From IMG/VR virus record IMGVR_UViG_3300032214_000986, positions 1-64,000 of that record: a stretch of DNA of 64,000 bases; one strand, written 5' to 3'. This DNA comes from a virus. Below the pieces are notes generated by a model. That model ran no database searches and was not told the origin of the DNA. It saw only the letters and a list, made by a program, of their open reading frames with translations. Positions 38,751 through 49,135 of this stretch are shown piece after piece. The position numbers and the translations under genes are program-made. The stretch's first letter is position 1, and every line of letters starts with the position of its first letter.

Positions 38751-39473
38751 TCCACCATTTAATTTTCTCAACTTATATAAGTTATAATGGTCAATTTTTG
38801 CATTATTAACTTTATTAATCGTATTTTCAATAGCCAAAGATAATTCTTTATCTGTAGATTCGTTAAGATTTGTTTTTAAGTTGTTTAAGATACTTTCCTT
38901 CAAAGACTCAATTTCAGTTTTAACATCTTCAATATTAATTGATAGTAATGACGTTAATTCTTTTCTGTCAGACTCATCTAAGGATTCGATATTTTTAGTT
39001 ATAGAATCATTAGCAGCTCGAACCACTGATGATAACGGTAAATTAAAATTAGCAACTTCTGTTTTAACTTCTTCACTGATTAAGGTATTTTTAATATTTT
39101 TTTTAGATTCTAATACAACTTCTAAATTTCTAATAGAACGATTATAAATAGTTGTATCAATATCAGAATAGTCGTTCTTATGTTCCATAACTACAGAATC
39201 AATCCAATTACTTACTCGACCTAAAGAGTTTTGATTACTCTCGATTAACACTTGGCTGTATTCTACAGATTCATTTAAATAGTCATCGGCGATTGATTTA
39301 TCTAAACCTTTTTTAGATGATAAATCATCGTATATATAATAAAGTTCCGCAACGTCCTTGTTTTCTAAAACCATAGATTTAAATTGTTTCATAAATGATT
39401 TAAATTCTGGTTTTCCATAAAGGTTTACCGTAGCATATTCTATTTTTGTTTTAATTGTACCAAAAGTATTCAT
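38745..39473 (-). CDS. Hypothetical head-module protein
   Basis: 242 aa helical ORF directly downstream of the portal gene; TATTTATA upstream. Confidence 0.65.
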   Translation of the reverse strand: MNTFGTIKTKIEYATVNLYGKPEFKSFMKQFKSMVLENKDVAELYYIYDDLSSKKGLDKSIADDYLNESVEYSQVLIESNQNSLGRVSNWIDSVVMEHKNDYSDIDTTIYNRSIRNLEVVLESKKNIKNTLISEEVKTEVANFNLPLSSVVRAANDSITKNIESLDESDRKELTSLLSINIEDVKTEIESLKESILNNLKTNLNESTDKELSLAIENTINKVNNAKIDHYNLYKLRKLNGGL

Positions 39474-39493
39474 AGTGTTTTATATTATAAATA

Positions 39494-41326
39494 TTACTTA
39501 TCTAATAAAGATTTCAACTTATCGTCTATTTCAACCAAAGAGTTACTACCTTTAGAAAAATCTAACGTATCAGAAGAGTTAAACAACCTATCCTCAACTA
39601 AAAGGTCTAATCCTTTAATATTAAAGTTTTCAGGTGTTACTCCACCCCCTTCAGGTGCCGGTGGTGGTGTTTCCGCCCCTCCACCCATTGGTGCTTCTCC
39701 ACCTGGTGGTGGACCCATTGACTCTCCACCCATCGGTGCTTCACCACCTGCATCTCCACCTTCAGCTGCCGGTTCGCCTTCTTTTTTACCGTACAACAGG
39801 TCAATATTATCAAATAAACCTGTTTTAGTAATAACTTCAGCAGTTTTAGCTAATTCGGCAGAAACGGCTCTTTCTACTCTTTGTTGTTGAATGTCTAATC
39901 TAATCTCTTCATCAGAAAACCCTAATATGTGTTTCTTAGCCCAAGAAGCGGATACAGGTGCAACACTATTAGCTATCTCAGCAACAGCATCTTTATAAAG
40001 TAAAATCTTTTCTTTCCAAAGTTCAATAGAAAGTAATTCTGATTGTTTGGAAGGATTGTGTAAACCTAATGTAAAGTTTGTTAATTCGTCTTCAAAACCT
40101 AAAAGGAATAAATGAACGATTGCTATTTTATTAAGTTCCGCAATCATAGATTTTTGAATTCTATTGATTGTTCGAGCAAAACGAATATCTAATAAAGACA
40201 AATTTTTACCATCACCCACAGCCTCTTCAAATCCCAAATATGCTTTAGGTATTCTTAATGCCGTTACCAATTTCTTTTGGATATATTCAATATCGGCAAT
40301 TTCGGCCAAGTTTGTCCCACCCGGTAATGTTTCTATTGGGTTTGTTGCTGCCGCGTCTCTAACAGGGATAAAGTAATCTTGGTCTACCGCCATTTGATTA
40401 TATCTCATATCAACATTACCTGTTGATGGATCGGCAATTTGGTCTCTTTTAAATTTATTAGCAACTCTTTGTACGTATGGGTCAACATCCTTGTCATCCA
40501 TGTTACCAACAAATACTTTAAATACTCTTCTTTCAGGTGCTCTTGATACTCGATATATTAACATCGCATCTTCAGATAGTAAAAGTTGTTTCCATATACG
40601 ACGTGCTTTCTCTAACATGGATGTACCGTAAGGTAGTTTTCTATCGTCCCCTAATATTCTAAAGTGAGCAATCTCCCATGTGTTAAATTCCATGTTTTTT
40701 TCTTTCCATGTGAACTTCAACGCATCGTTTTCCATTTCTTGTGAATACTTGTCAGGTTGGAATCTCATTCCTTTTTCTAAACGTTCTATTTGAATGTTAG
40801 GTAACTGTTGACAACCTACGATACCTTTTTCAGGGTCTAACTTTAAGTAAACAAAATTATCACCAAATTTACATGTGTTTCTTGTCCACATAGGTAAATT
40901 AGTATTGATGTCTAACTTATTAACAAATAAATCAATTAAAACAGATTTTATCCTTTTTGATTCAGAATAAACTTTTAATATTAAACCGTCTTGGTCAGGT
41001 GTCGTGGATTCTTCAGAATAAATGTCTAATGCTGCCGATATTTCAGGAGTGTACTCCATAGATTCATAATCATAATATGAAGCCATTCTCGTTGGTTCAT
41101 AATAAACCGCCTGTTGGTATAGGTTACTCTCAACCTTTTGCCATTGTTTACCAATGTACATTGTTTGTTGAGCTTGTAATTTTTCTTTTTCAAATTCAGA
41201 CTTATCTGTTGTTTTTAGAAGTTCTTTCTTATCAAATTTGAAAACCGGCGATTGTTGGTCTAATGTGGCATTTGGCCCAAAAGTCCTACTCAATCTTTGC
41301 CATACGGTTAGTTTTTGTTCTGACAT
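39494..41326 (-). CDS. gp20: Portal protein (T4 gp20-like)
   Basis: PEISAALDIY, EDAMLIYRVSRAPERRVF, DYFIP, TLPGG, ALRIPK, FARTINRIQ. Confidence 0.95.
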   Translation of the reverse strand: MSEQKLTVWQRLSRTFGPNATLDQQSPVFKFDKKELLKTTDKSEFEKEKLQAQQTMYIGKQWQKVESNLYQQAVYYEPTRMASYYDYESMEYTPEISAALDIYSEESTTPDQDGLILKVYSESKRIKSVLIDLFVNKLDINTNLPMWTRNTCKFGDNFVYLKLDPEKGIVGCQQLPNIQIERLEKGMRFQPDKYSQEMENDALKFTWKEKNMEFNTWEIAHFRILGDDRKLPYGTSMLEKARRIWKQLLLSEDAMLIYRVSRAPERRVFKVFVGNMDDKDVDPYVQRVANKFKRDQIADPSTGNVDMRYNQMAVDQDYFIPVRDAAATNPIETLPGGTNLAEIADIEYIQKKLVTALRIPKAYLGFEEAVGDGKNLSLLDIRFARTINRIQKSMIAELNKIAIVHLFLLGFEDELTNFTLGLHNPSKQSELLSIELWKEKILLYKDAVAEIANSVAPVSASWAKKHILGFSDEEIRLDIQQQRVERAVSAELAKTAEVITKTGLFDNIDLLYGKKEGEPAAEGGDAGGEAPMGGESMGPPPGGEAPMGGGAETPPPAPEGGGVTPENFNIKGLDLLVEDRLFNSSDTLDFSKGSNSLVEIDDKLKSLLDK

Positions 41327-41363
41327 GTGTTTTTATTTTAAAAATAATATGGTAAGCATTAAA

Positions 41364-43142
41364 TTAAACCCTTTTACCACTGAATAACCATAAATACTTT
41401 TGATAATCGCTTTTGGATACTGTATTTGGTTGATTACCATAACCATAATTTGGAGTAACAGGTAAACTTGGGTTAAAATTAGAATATGAATTTTGGTTTT
41501 CGTTTGATTGTACTGACCATGATTCTAACATGGCTTTTGTTTGTTCTGTTGCTTTTTCTAATTGTGCAAATGACGTTTCACCAACAAATATAGCCATAGC
41601 AAATGCCATTATTAAGTCATCGTGTTGACCTTTTTGGTGGTCAGGTCTACCATTGACATAAACAAAAGTGTTTAGTTCGTTAAATAACCTTTGGGACCTT
41701 AATGCAAAATCAAATCTTAATGCTTCCTCAAAGGCTTGAATAATTAAAACTCGTTTAGAATTGAAATTAATTCCCGGTATTTTATCTTGGGATTTTGGAT
41801 CCCATTTCCATTTATCCGCAGGATTAACCCCATCTATGTATAAATTTTTATATCCTAATTCTTGTAATTTTCTAGATGTTGACACACCCATACCCCCGGT
41901 AATATCGGTAACTATAAATGCATTATACATCGTGGCCCACTTATATGCGATTTCAGCCAAAACGTCAGGAGGGACTTTTCCGATATACTCTAAAACTTGT
42001 TCTCTACCATCAAAATCAATAATTGACATTGTACTGAAATCCTCACTATCTCCTCTTGAAACGTCAACACCCATAATATAACGGTGACCCTGCACAGGTT
42101 CTTTCCATTGCCAAACGGCGCCACCCATAAATTTATTCTCAGGTTCCCTTATGTGATTCTCTTTAATTTTTTTCATAGTTTCAGCGGGAATAACACTATC
42201 CCCCGAACCTAAAAAGTTACATTCAAGCTCTTGTGATATTTTTCTTTTATCAAACTTTAACTTTTTGGCCATTGCCTCAAACCAAGTACTATAAGGTTTA
42301 TATCCCTCATGTTCTACTTTCTTTTTAATGTCCTCAAAGTCCCTATCACTTACTTTGATATCTGAATAATCTATTGTAATTTCATCATCTTTATAATCCC
42401 CTCGATTTAACATGTAGTGAACGATATCGTTACATTTAATAAGTTTTAAATCTTTAGAGTAACGAGGGTCACGGAACCAATACATTTCAGTAATTTTAAA
42501 GTCATTCATTCCTTTAACCGCCTGACTATATATTGAATAGTAAATTGGGTCAAATCCATTTGGTGTTGAGATAACAATTACTTTACCTCCTGTAGATAGG
42601 GAGGCCATACATGCAGACCAAAAGTCCTCGTCGGCATTGATGTAAGCCGCCTCATCGAATATTAATATTGTTGGGGTATACCCACGTAAAGCATCTTTTG
42701 ATGTTGCTACTGCTTTAACTTCACACCCATTAGTTAACTTAAAGTGTCTTTGTGAGTTTTTTTCATTCGAGAAGGTAACCCCTAACCAAGAAGGCCATTG
42801 GTCAACAAAGGCACGGACCTTATTCCCCATTTCCATGGCGGTGTCCATTTTGTTAGCAATAATTAGGATTTTTTCTGGCTTTGATTTTTTGGCGAATACC
42901 AATCTTTTTGATGCCCAAGCGGATGTTACGGTAGATACACCAGCTTGTCTATACTTTAATGCGATATTTTCCTCACAAGTATCGTAATCCTTAACCAATG
43001 TAACTTGGTCATTAAATAACTCTAACGGTACGTATTGTGATTGTGTATTATCGTAAGTTTGTAAATATGTTTTTAACGCATACGGTGTGTCGTTTACGCA
43101 CTTAGCATATTCTAATAATATTTGTTCTTTTGATAGTGACAT
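41364..43142 (-). CDS. terL: Terminase large subunit
   Basis: KYRQAGVST Walker A variant, LIFDEAA Walker B, ISTPNG, QELEC.F, GVDVSRG, HDDLIMA. Confidence 0.96.
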   Translation of the reverse strand: MSLSKEQILLEYAKCVNDTPYALKTYLQTYDNTQSQYVPLELFNDQVTLVKDYDTCEENIALKYRQAGVSTVTSAWASKRLVFAKKSKPEKILIIANKMDTAMEMGNKVRAFVDQWPSWLGVTFSNEKNSQRHFKLTNGCEVKAVATSKDALRGYTPTILIFDEAAYINADEDFWSACMASLSTGGKVIVISTPNGFDPIYYSIYSQAVKGMNDFKITEMYWFRDPRYSKDLKLIKCNDIVHYMLNRGDYKDDEITIDYSDIKVSDRDFEDIKKKVEHEGYKPYSTWFEAMAKKLKFDKRKISQELECNFLGSGDSVIPAETMKKIKENHIREPENKFMGGAVWQWKEPVQGHRYIMGVDVSRGDSEDFSTMSIIDFDGREQVLEYIGKVPPDVLAEIAYKWATMYNAFIVTDITGGMGVSTSRKLQELGYKNLYIDGVNPADKWKWDPKSQDKIPGINFNSKRVLIIQAFEEALRFDFALRSQRLFNELNTFVYVNGRPDHQKGQHDDLIMAFAMAIFVGETSFAQLEKATEQTKAMLESWSVQSNENQNSYSNFNPSLPVTPNYGYGNQPNTVSKSDYQKYLWLFSGKRV

Positions 43143-43148
43143 TCATTA

Positions 43149-43694
43149 TTATTTTCTTCTTATTGTTTTAAGAAGTTCACCTTTAGTGGTATGAGGGGGT
43201 AAATGTTTTTCAATAATATTCAAAATACTTTCCTCAATATTTTTTACATCAACTTCATGTTCCTCATCCGTTTTTTCCTGTTCCATAGCATAAATCGGTA
43301 ACCCTTTGTGTTTTGTAGATGCAAAATCCTCGAGGTCTTTTTTTGACATATCTTTAGCCATGTCTTTAACTTTTTTAGATACTTTAGATTTTGGAGTATC
43401 ACCTTTTTTAACTGACAGAGCTAACCCCATTATTTTTTGTTGTTGTTTTGAGACGGATTTTTCATTAACATCTTCCTCTCCAAGTTCTTCCTCATATGTG
43501 ACAAAAGGTTTTTTTTCTGATTTAGCCTTCTCAATTGATGCCGTATCTGCTTTTGGTATGTTTAATGTACCTGTAGATTGCTCAGAAATTCTATTATAAA
43601 GTGCACTTAATTGTACATCATTTAATTTCTCAATAGTATTAATTGAAAATCCTTCATGAAGAAGTTTCGCTATTTTAGGATTCATGTGTTTCAT
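43149..43694 (-). CDS. Head-associated protein containing a DUF3008-like motif
   Basis: KSVSKQQQKIMGLAL...MSKKDLEDFASTKHKGLP. Start is ATG 43694 or 43685. Confidence 0.65.
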   Translation of the reverse strand: MKHMNPKIAKLLHEGFSINTIEKLNDVQLSALYNRISEQSTGTLNIPKADTASIEKAKSEKKPFVTYEEELGEEDVNEKSVSKQQQKIMGLALSVKKGDTPKSKVSKKVKDMAKDMSKKDLEDFASTKHKGLPIYAMEQEKTDEEHEVDVKNIEESILNIIEKHLPPHTTKGELLKTIRRK

Positions 43695-44094
43695 CAATTA
43701 CTAAATTTTTTTCCCATTTTAATACGATATCTCTCTCGTATAATTTATTTTCAATGTCCTCAACAGTTTCACCATATTGGAAGACAAGTCTTTTATGTTT
43801 TGATATAACTAAGTCATCGCTATCTGATTTTTCCCAAGCCAAACTTATTACACCATCAATAGCATCTACGACTCCGAAATAGTCAGATTCTTGTATTAAT
43901 TCTAATGATATATTAGAATTTTTTAAAACCCCTACTTTTTTTATGTAATGAATGTCAGGAGGTAATGGTTTACCAGATGCAGGTTCCGAACCCCAGTCCT
44001 CACCCCATACATCGTCCAAGTCAGAAAAGATGAATTCATAAATGTTATCACCTTTAAAGTTTGGTCCAAGTTCATTTACATAAACTAAAATCAT
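43675..44094 (-). CDS. Hypothetical phage protein
   Basis: 139 aa ORF overlapping both neighbours. Confidence 0.65.
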   Translation of the reverse strand: MILVYVNELGPNFKGDNIYEFIFSDLDDVWGEDWGSEPASGKPLPPDIHYIKKVGVLKNSNISLELIQESDYFGVVDAIDGVISLAWEKSDSDDLVISKHKRLVFQYGETVEDIENKLYERDIVLKWEKNLVIDETHES

Positions 44095-45368
44095 ATAATG
44101 TCACCTGTTGTGTTAACTTTTATATTTTTTCCGTTTAACGAAAAAACTAAATTTTGTTTATTAGTTTTACCAATGAATTTAGCATTCACATTCTCACTTA
44201 AAAATCTTTTTGCTGTATTCAGTTGTTTAACCGATTCACTCATTCTTTCAATTTCGTTTTTTACCTCGATACTAACTAATTTATTTTTAATAAAATTTTT
44301 CTTATTTTTTTCTTCGTGTAATTTTTTTTCTTCGTCAGTTACCACAAAATATTTAGATAAAACATCCTCAACAGATTCTTTAAAATTTTCTACAGGTGCA
44401 GGTTCTTCCATAGACGGTTCACCCATTTCAGGTTCTCCCATACCCATTTCAGGTTCTTCCATATCAAAATCACCCATATCGTCTTCACCTGACAAATCTA
44501 ATTCACCTTCACCTTCCATACCATACTCATCGGAATCTTCAAATTTTGATAGAATATCGTCTTTGTCATCCTCATCCAAATTATCTAAATCAATGGACGA
44601 TAGGATAGAATTAATAACGTATTTAATGTCTTGAGAATCCAATCCTTTATCTTTGTCAAATGCTCTTATTTTTTGACTTAATTTACCTGTTAATCTTTGG
44701 ATTGATTTTAAACCGGATGGTCCTTGTGGTTGTTCGTCATCCATTTCAGGTTCTTCCATACCCATTTCAGGTTCTTCCATACCCATTTCAGGTTCTTCCA
44801 TACCCATTTCAGGTTCTTCCATACCCATTTCAGGTCCACCTTCAGCAGATGGCATTCCCATATCTTCACCACCTTCTACAGGAGGCATTGCAGCATCACC
44901 TTCAGGTGCTGGTGCTTCGGGAGCCGGAGGTAACGCAGCTTCCGGTTCAGGTGCTGGTTCCTCTACAGGGGTTTTTGGTTTAGGTGTTTTTAAAATGAAT
45001 TTTTTTTTTACCTCTTGTTCACCAATAAGAGGGGTTTCGAATACATTACCTGTTACTCGATTAACTTCTGACGCAACTAAATTTAGTTTTTTCATTGCCT
45101 CAGAATATGATCTATAGTATTTTCTATTTTTCATCGGGTCAGAATAATCTAACTCAGATTCGTTAATACCTTTTTTAAGAATATAACCTGATTTTTCTTT
45201 AACTATACCATAAGTCATACCATCAGCCAATGTGATAGTATAATTAGTAGTTGAAGGTCCGTCAGTTTCGTTTTTAGATGTCTCATTATAACGAGCAATT
45301 TCCATAATTCTCTTTAACTTATCGATTCCTTGTAATTTTTCACTACCTAGTGGTTTGATATCTGCCAT
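44091..45368 (-). CDS. Acidic head-associated protein with MGMEEPE repeats
   Basis: 425 aa; long Pro/Glu/Met low-complexity region; many (I/L)xE sites. Confidence 0.65.
   Translation of the reverse strand: MADIKPLGSEKLQGIDKLKRIMEIARYNETSKNETDGPSTTNYTITLADGMTYGIVKEKSGYILKKGINESELDYSDPMKNRKYYRSYSEAMKKLNLVASEVNRVTGNVFETPLIGEQEVKKKFILKTPKPKTPVEEPAPEPEAALPPAPEAPAPEGDAAMPPVEGGEDMGMPSAEGGPEMGMEEPEMGMEEPEMGMEEPEMGMEEPEMDDEQPQGPSGLKSIQRLTGKLSQKIRAFDKDKGLDSQDIKYVINSILSSIDLDNLDEDDKDDILSKFEDSDEYGMEGEGELDLSGEDDMGDFDMEEPEMGMGEPEMGEPSMEEPAPVENFKESVEDVLSKYFVVTDEEKKLHEEKNKKNFIKNKLVSIEVKNEIERMSESVKQLNTAKRFLSENVNAKFIGKTNKQNLVFSLNGKNIKVNTTGDII
44741..44835. repeat. 21-bp perfect tandem repeat, about 4.5 copies (coding MGMEEPE)
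   Basis: CCATTTCAGGTTCTTCCATAC repeated; related copies at about 44420-44462. Confidence 0.95.
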
Positions 45369-45382
45369 TTGTATTTTGTTTT

Positions 45383-45583
45383 TTAATTGTTTAGTCCATT
45401 AAATCCGCCCAAAGCAACCGAATTACATTGTAACGAAACTACGTCAGTTGCCTTAGAAACATTATCACTCCAAACTGGTTTTGGGGTTGTAAAAGTAACG
45501 ATGGTACCTGTGGTTGCTCCTGTACCAGGAACGTAACCCGTAACGACAGTCGTGTAATAAGATGTACATGCAGTTGTAGACAT
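45383..45583 (-). CDS. Small Thr-rich protein, probably virion-associated
   Basis: 66 aa; TATTTATA upstream at 45598-45605. Confidence 0.6.
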   Translation of the reverse strand: MSTTACTSYYTTVVTGYVPGTGATTGTIVTFTTPKPVWSDNVSKATDVVSLQCNSVALGGFNGLNN

Positions 45584-45629
45584 AATAATTTTTTCTATAT
45601 AAATATATTGTAACTTTAGAATTTACAAT

Positions 45630-46403
45630 TTATTCCGGTTTTTCTTGCTCTAATGATAATTTTTTATCTGCAAATTTATTTTTAAAGTCTTCTAATTTAG
45701 AAATATACCCATTTCTTCTTAGGTATTTGAACACTAAATTCTCATACGAAAACTCACCTTCTTTTTTAAGTCCGCAGGTTCTATACTTTCTTAATTTTTC
45801 TCTATACTTTTTTACTAAAGCAACCGCATCTTCTAAATTTTCATCCTGAGCGTTTTCAATTGCCCCATCAATAATATTCATCCATTGATTTGCCTTTTCT
45901 CTAATGATTTTTTCATCAACTTTAAAATTTTCCTTCTCAGGTATTTGTTCCCAATTATTATTCAATATTGAGTACATACCCGCACTAGCATTACTTTCGT
46001 TAATGTCCTCAACATACAGTTCAGTTTCATAACCTTTAATTCTGATGTCGTGAGCGGAATTAAATATTGTTTTCTTAAGTCTAAAAAGTTCTTTATACAA
46101 TTCTTCTTTATCTCCACCTTCTTTAAAATCCATTATTACATGAATATCAAAATCTGAAAATTCAGACCAATTATACCCAGCTAACGAACCGACAAGTAAA
46201 ATATCATGAACAAAAAAATCAACATCCAAATAATCTATGAATAACTCCGCAACCTTAAGTAACCTTTTTCTAATTTCCGGTTTTAATTTATAAAATTGAG
46301 CTTCGGTATCTCCCATGTATTTTTCATTTGGTAAGTACCACACATCGGGGTTTAATTCATCTTGAAGATAAAAACTACTAATAATTTTTTTATCGTTTGT
46401 CAT
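45630..46403 (-). CDS. Pol-beta superfamily nucleotidyltransferase
   Basis: LVGSLAGYNWSEFSDFDIH (hGS...DxD) and a third acidic residue in ELYVED. Confidence 0.8.
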   Translation of the reverse strand: MTNDKKIISSFYLQDELNPDVWYLPNEKYMGDTEAQFYKLKPEIRKRLLKVAELFIDYLDVDFFVHDILLVGSLAGYNWSEFSDFDIHVIMDFKEGGDKEELYKELFRLKKTIFNSAHDIRIKGYETELYVEDINESNASAGMYSILNNNWEQIPEKENFKVDEKIIREKANQWMNIIDGAIENAQDENLEDAVALVKKYREKLRKYRTCGLKKEGEFSYENLVFKYLRRNGYISKLEDFKNKFADKKLSLEQEKPE

Positions 46404-46425
46404 AACTATAAATACCTAAAAGATA

Positions 46426-46674
46426 TTAATTATCCAATTTTTTGTATTTGTAGGCTTTAGAAATTTGTGTGTTAAAGAATTTTCCTTGTGATTCGGATAA
46501 CCTAAATTGAGCATAAATATTATGAGGAACCTCCTCATATTCATATCTCATACCATTTTTAAATTGAGTTATTAATTTTTTAGTTTCAGAATCATATTCT
46601 GTTAAAATCAAATTACTTGATTCAATCTCACAAATAATTTTTGTTCCGTCTATTGTTGTTCTTTTAATCGCCAT
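46426..46674 (-). CDS. KTSC-domain protein
   Basis: SSNL....YD.....L...F.NG..Y.Y..VP...Y..F....S.GKFFN..I. Confidence 0.9.
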   Translation of the reverse strand: MAIKRTTIDGTKIICEIESSNLILTEYDSETKKLITQFKNGMRYEYEEVPHNIYAQFRLSESQGKFFNTQISKAYKYKKLDN

Positions 46675-46969
46675 TTGGTTTTCTTAATGGAGTTATGTCA
46701 TCTATATGACTAAGTTTATCCATAATGTAATAATGGACTTCGTTTCCGTCAACATTAAACCCATAATCTTTAATTGTTTGAAAAATCTCACGCATTTTTG
46801 GTTGAAATTTGGAGTGCAACACTAATAAGTCTTGAGGAAAATAACTTGGACTTAATAAAACTTCCTCCGACCATTCCTCTCTTTGGAATATTTTTCTCAT
46901 GTCAAAATAATCTTGTTCTAAATCTTTTGTCAATTCCAAAGCGTCTACAAATTTTCTCCATGAATCCAT
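46664..46969 (-). CDS. Hypothetical phage protein
   Basis: 101 aa ORF; TATTTAT 4 nt upstream. Confidence 0.6.
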   Translation of the reverse strand: MDSWRKFVDALELTKDLEQDYFDMRKIFQREEWSEEVLLSPSYFPQDLLVLHSKFQPKMREIFQTIKDYGFNVDGNEVHYYIMDKLSHIDDITPLRKPNGD

Positions 46970-47042
46970 ATCAATAAATACTATAATTCGTCAAACAATT
47001 GATTATTTGGTTCAATATTACTAATTTTTAAAAAAACAACAT

Positions 47043-49085
47043 ATGAACGATACTTTAGACAATAACGAAAAATCAAAAAACAAAAATCAAGACGGGTCAT
47101 CAAGAACCCCCGTATTAGATAATTTTTCAAGGGATTTAATTAAACAAGCACAAGAAGGTAAACTTGATCCTGTTATTGGTCGCGATGACGAAATTAATAG
47201 AATTGCTCAAATCCTATCAAGACGTAAAAAAAATAATCCTATCATTTTAGGTGAACCTGGTTGTGGTAAAACGGCAATAGTTGAGGGTTTAGCTAAAAAA
47301 ATATTTGAGGGTGATTGTCCACAAAATTTATCAAGTAAACGAATAGTGTCTTTAGATATGACATCAATTGTTGCAGGAACAAAATACCGTGGTCAATTCG
47401 AGGAAAGAATGAAAGTTATTATTGAAGAACTTTATGCTAACCCTGATATTATTATCTTTATTGATGAAATTCACACAATGATTGGTGCTGGTAACGCTTC
47501 GGGCTCAATGGACGCATCCAACATATTTAAACCCGCTCTTTCTCGTGGTGAGTTACAATGTATTGGAGCGACAACATTAGAAGAATATAGAAAAAATATT
47601 GAGAAGGATGGGGCGTTAGAAAGACGTTTCCAAAAGGTAATGGTTGACCCAGCAACTAAAGAAGAAACTTTAGAAATTTTACAACAATCAAAAGACAGAT
47701 ATGAAAATCACCACAAAGTATCTTACAGTGATGATATCTTAAAACTATGTGTTGATTTAGCAGACCGTTACATCACTGACCGTGAATTTCCAGATAAAGC
47801 ATTCGATATCATCGATGAGGTTGGTGCTCGATCACAAGTGGAAATCAAACTTCCTGAAATTATTGAAGAATTAAAACTACAAGTTCAAAAAATAAAAGAA
47901 GAGAAGTTAGATGTTATTAATAAACAAAAGTACGAGGAGGCTGCAAATCTTAGAGATAAAGAACGAAAAATATTAGCCGACTTAGCAAGAGAAAAAGAGG
48001 ATTTTGAAAAAAACAGAGACCAAAACAAACGAGTGGTTACTGAAGATGTTGTATATGATGTTGTTTCATTAATGACTAAAATTCCAATCAATAAAATTAC
48101 AACTGACGAAACACAACAACTTATTTCTTTAAGAGAAACATTATCAAGTAAAGTAATTGGTCAAGATGATGCGGTAGCAAAGATTTCAAGAGCTATCCAA
48201 AGAAATAAAGTGGGATTAAGTGACCCTAAAAAACCAATCTTTAGTGGTTTATTAATTGGTAATTCAGGTGTTGGTAAAACTGAATTGGCTAAACAATTGG
48301 CTAAACATATGTTCGGTAGTGAAGATGCACTTATCAGATTAGATATGAGTGAATTTTCAGATAAGATTGCAACGTCAAAATTAACAGGCACATCTCCAGG
48401 TTATGTTGGGTATGAGGATGGGTCACCATTCTTAAATAAAATTAAAAACAAACCTTATTCTGTTATTCTTTTAGATGAAATAGAAAAAGCACATCCTGAA
48501 ATCTTTAACGTATTTTTACAAATGTTAGATGAAGGGTTTTTAACCGACGGACATGGAAGAAAAATCAACTTTAAAAATTGTATAATCTTAATGACATCTA
48601 ACGTTGGTACTCGTGTCGTACAGGAATTTGGTACAGGTGTCGGGTTTTCAACAAACACAAAAACTGAAAGAGCTGACGATGAGGTTAAATCAATTTTAGA
48701 AAAAGAATTATTTAAGAAGTTCGCACCTGAGTTTATTAATCGTTTTGATGACATCGTTTATTTTAAAGATTTAAATAAAGATGATTTATTGAAGATTGTT
48801 GAATTAGAATTAAATAAGTTTTATGAGAGAATCGGACAACTTGAATTTTTAGTACAGGTGGAAGATAGTCTAAAAAACCATTTGATTGAGGTTGGTACTG
48901 ATACAAGGTTTGGAGCACGTATACTAAAACGTACTGTACAAAAATGGGTAGATGATGCAATTACAGAAAAGATTTTAACGGATAATCCAGAAAAAGGATC
49001 AACATTTGTTTTAACGTATAATGAAAAGGATAAAAAAACTGACGTTAAAATAAAAAAACCAACAAAAAGAAAAACAAAACAGTAA
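47043..49085 (+). CDS. clpC: ClpC-like Hsp100 AAA+ ATPase lacking the N-terminal Clp-repeat domain
   Basis: [24 protein letters not shown]-like [40 protein letters not shown] ClpP-docking loop, GARILKR. Confidence 0.9.
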   Translation: MNDTLDNNEKSKNKNQDGSSRTPVLDNFSRDLIKQAQEGKLDPVIGRDDEINRIAQILSRRKKNNPIILGEPGCGKTAIVEGLAKKIFEGDCPQNLSSKRIVSLDMTSIVAGTKYRGQFEERMKVIIEELYANPDIIIFIDEIHTMIGAGNASGSMDASNIFKPALSRGELQCIGATTLEEYRKNIEKDGALERRFQKVMVDPATKEETLEILQQSKDRYENHHKVSYSDDILKLCVDLADRYITDREFPDKAFDIIDEVGARSQVEIKLPEIIEELKLQVQKIKEEKLDVINKQKYEEAANLRDKERKILADLAREKEDFEKNRDQNKRVVTEDVVYDVVSLMTKIPINKITTDETQQLISLRETLSSKVIGQDDAVAKISRAIQRNKVGLSDPKKPIFSGLLIGNSGVGKTELAKQLAKHMFGSEDALIRLDMSEFSDKIATSKLTGTSPGYVGYEDGSPFLNKIKNKPYSVILLDEIEKAHPEIFNVFLQMLDEGFLTDGHGRKINFKNCIILMTSNVGTRVVQEFGTGVGFSTNTKTERADDEVKSILEKELFKKFAPEFINRFDDIVYFKDLNKDDLLKIVELELNKFYERIGQLEFLVQVEDSLKNHLIEVGTDTRFGARILKRTVQKWVDDAITEKILTDNPEKGSTFVLTYNEKDKKTDVKIKKPTKRKTKQ

Positions 49086-49113
49086 AAAGTTTTTTAATTG
49101 TTAAAAAGTTTCT

Positions 49114-49121
49114 TACATTTG
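49114..49121 (+). promoter_or_regulatory. Bacteroidota-type -7 promoter element (TAnnTTTG)
   Basis: TACATTTG 14 nt before the ATG at 49136. Confidence 0.5.
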
Positions 49122-49135
49122 TAGAAACATATATT

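Noticed and set aside
41364-43142. Intein or intron in the terminase (extra segment after WFRDPRY)
   Set aside because: No splice-junction residues (C/S...HN) or homing endonuclease motifs; the insert is short and in frame.
44741-44835. Possible CRISPR array
   Set aside because: Head-to-tail repeats with no spacers, in frame inside a gene; no cas genes seen.
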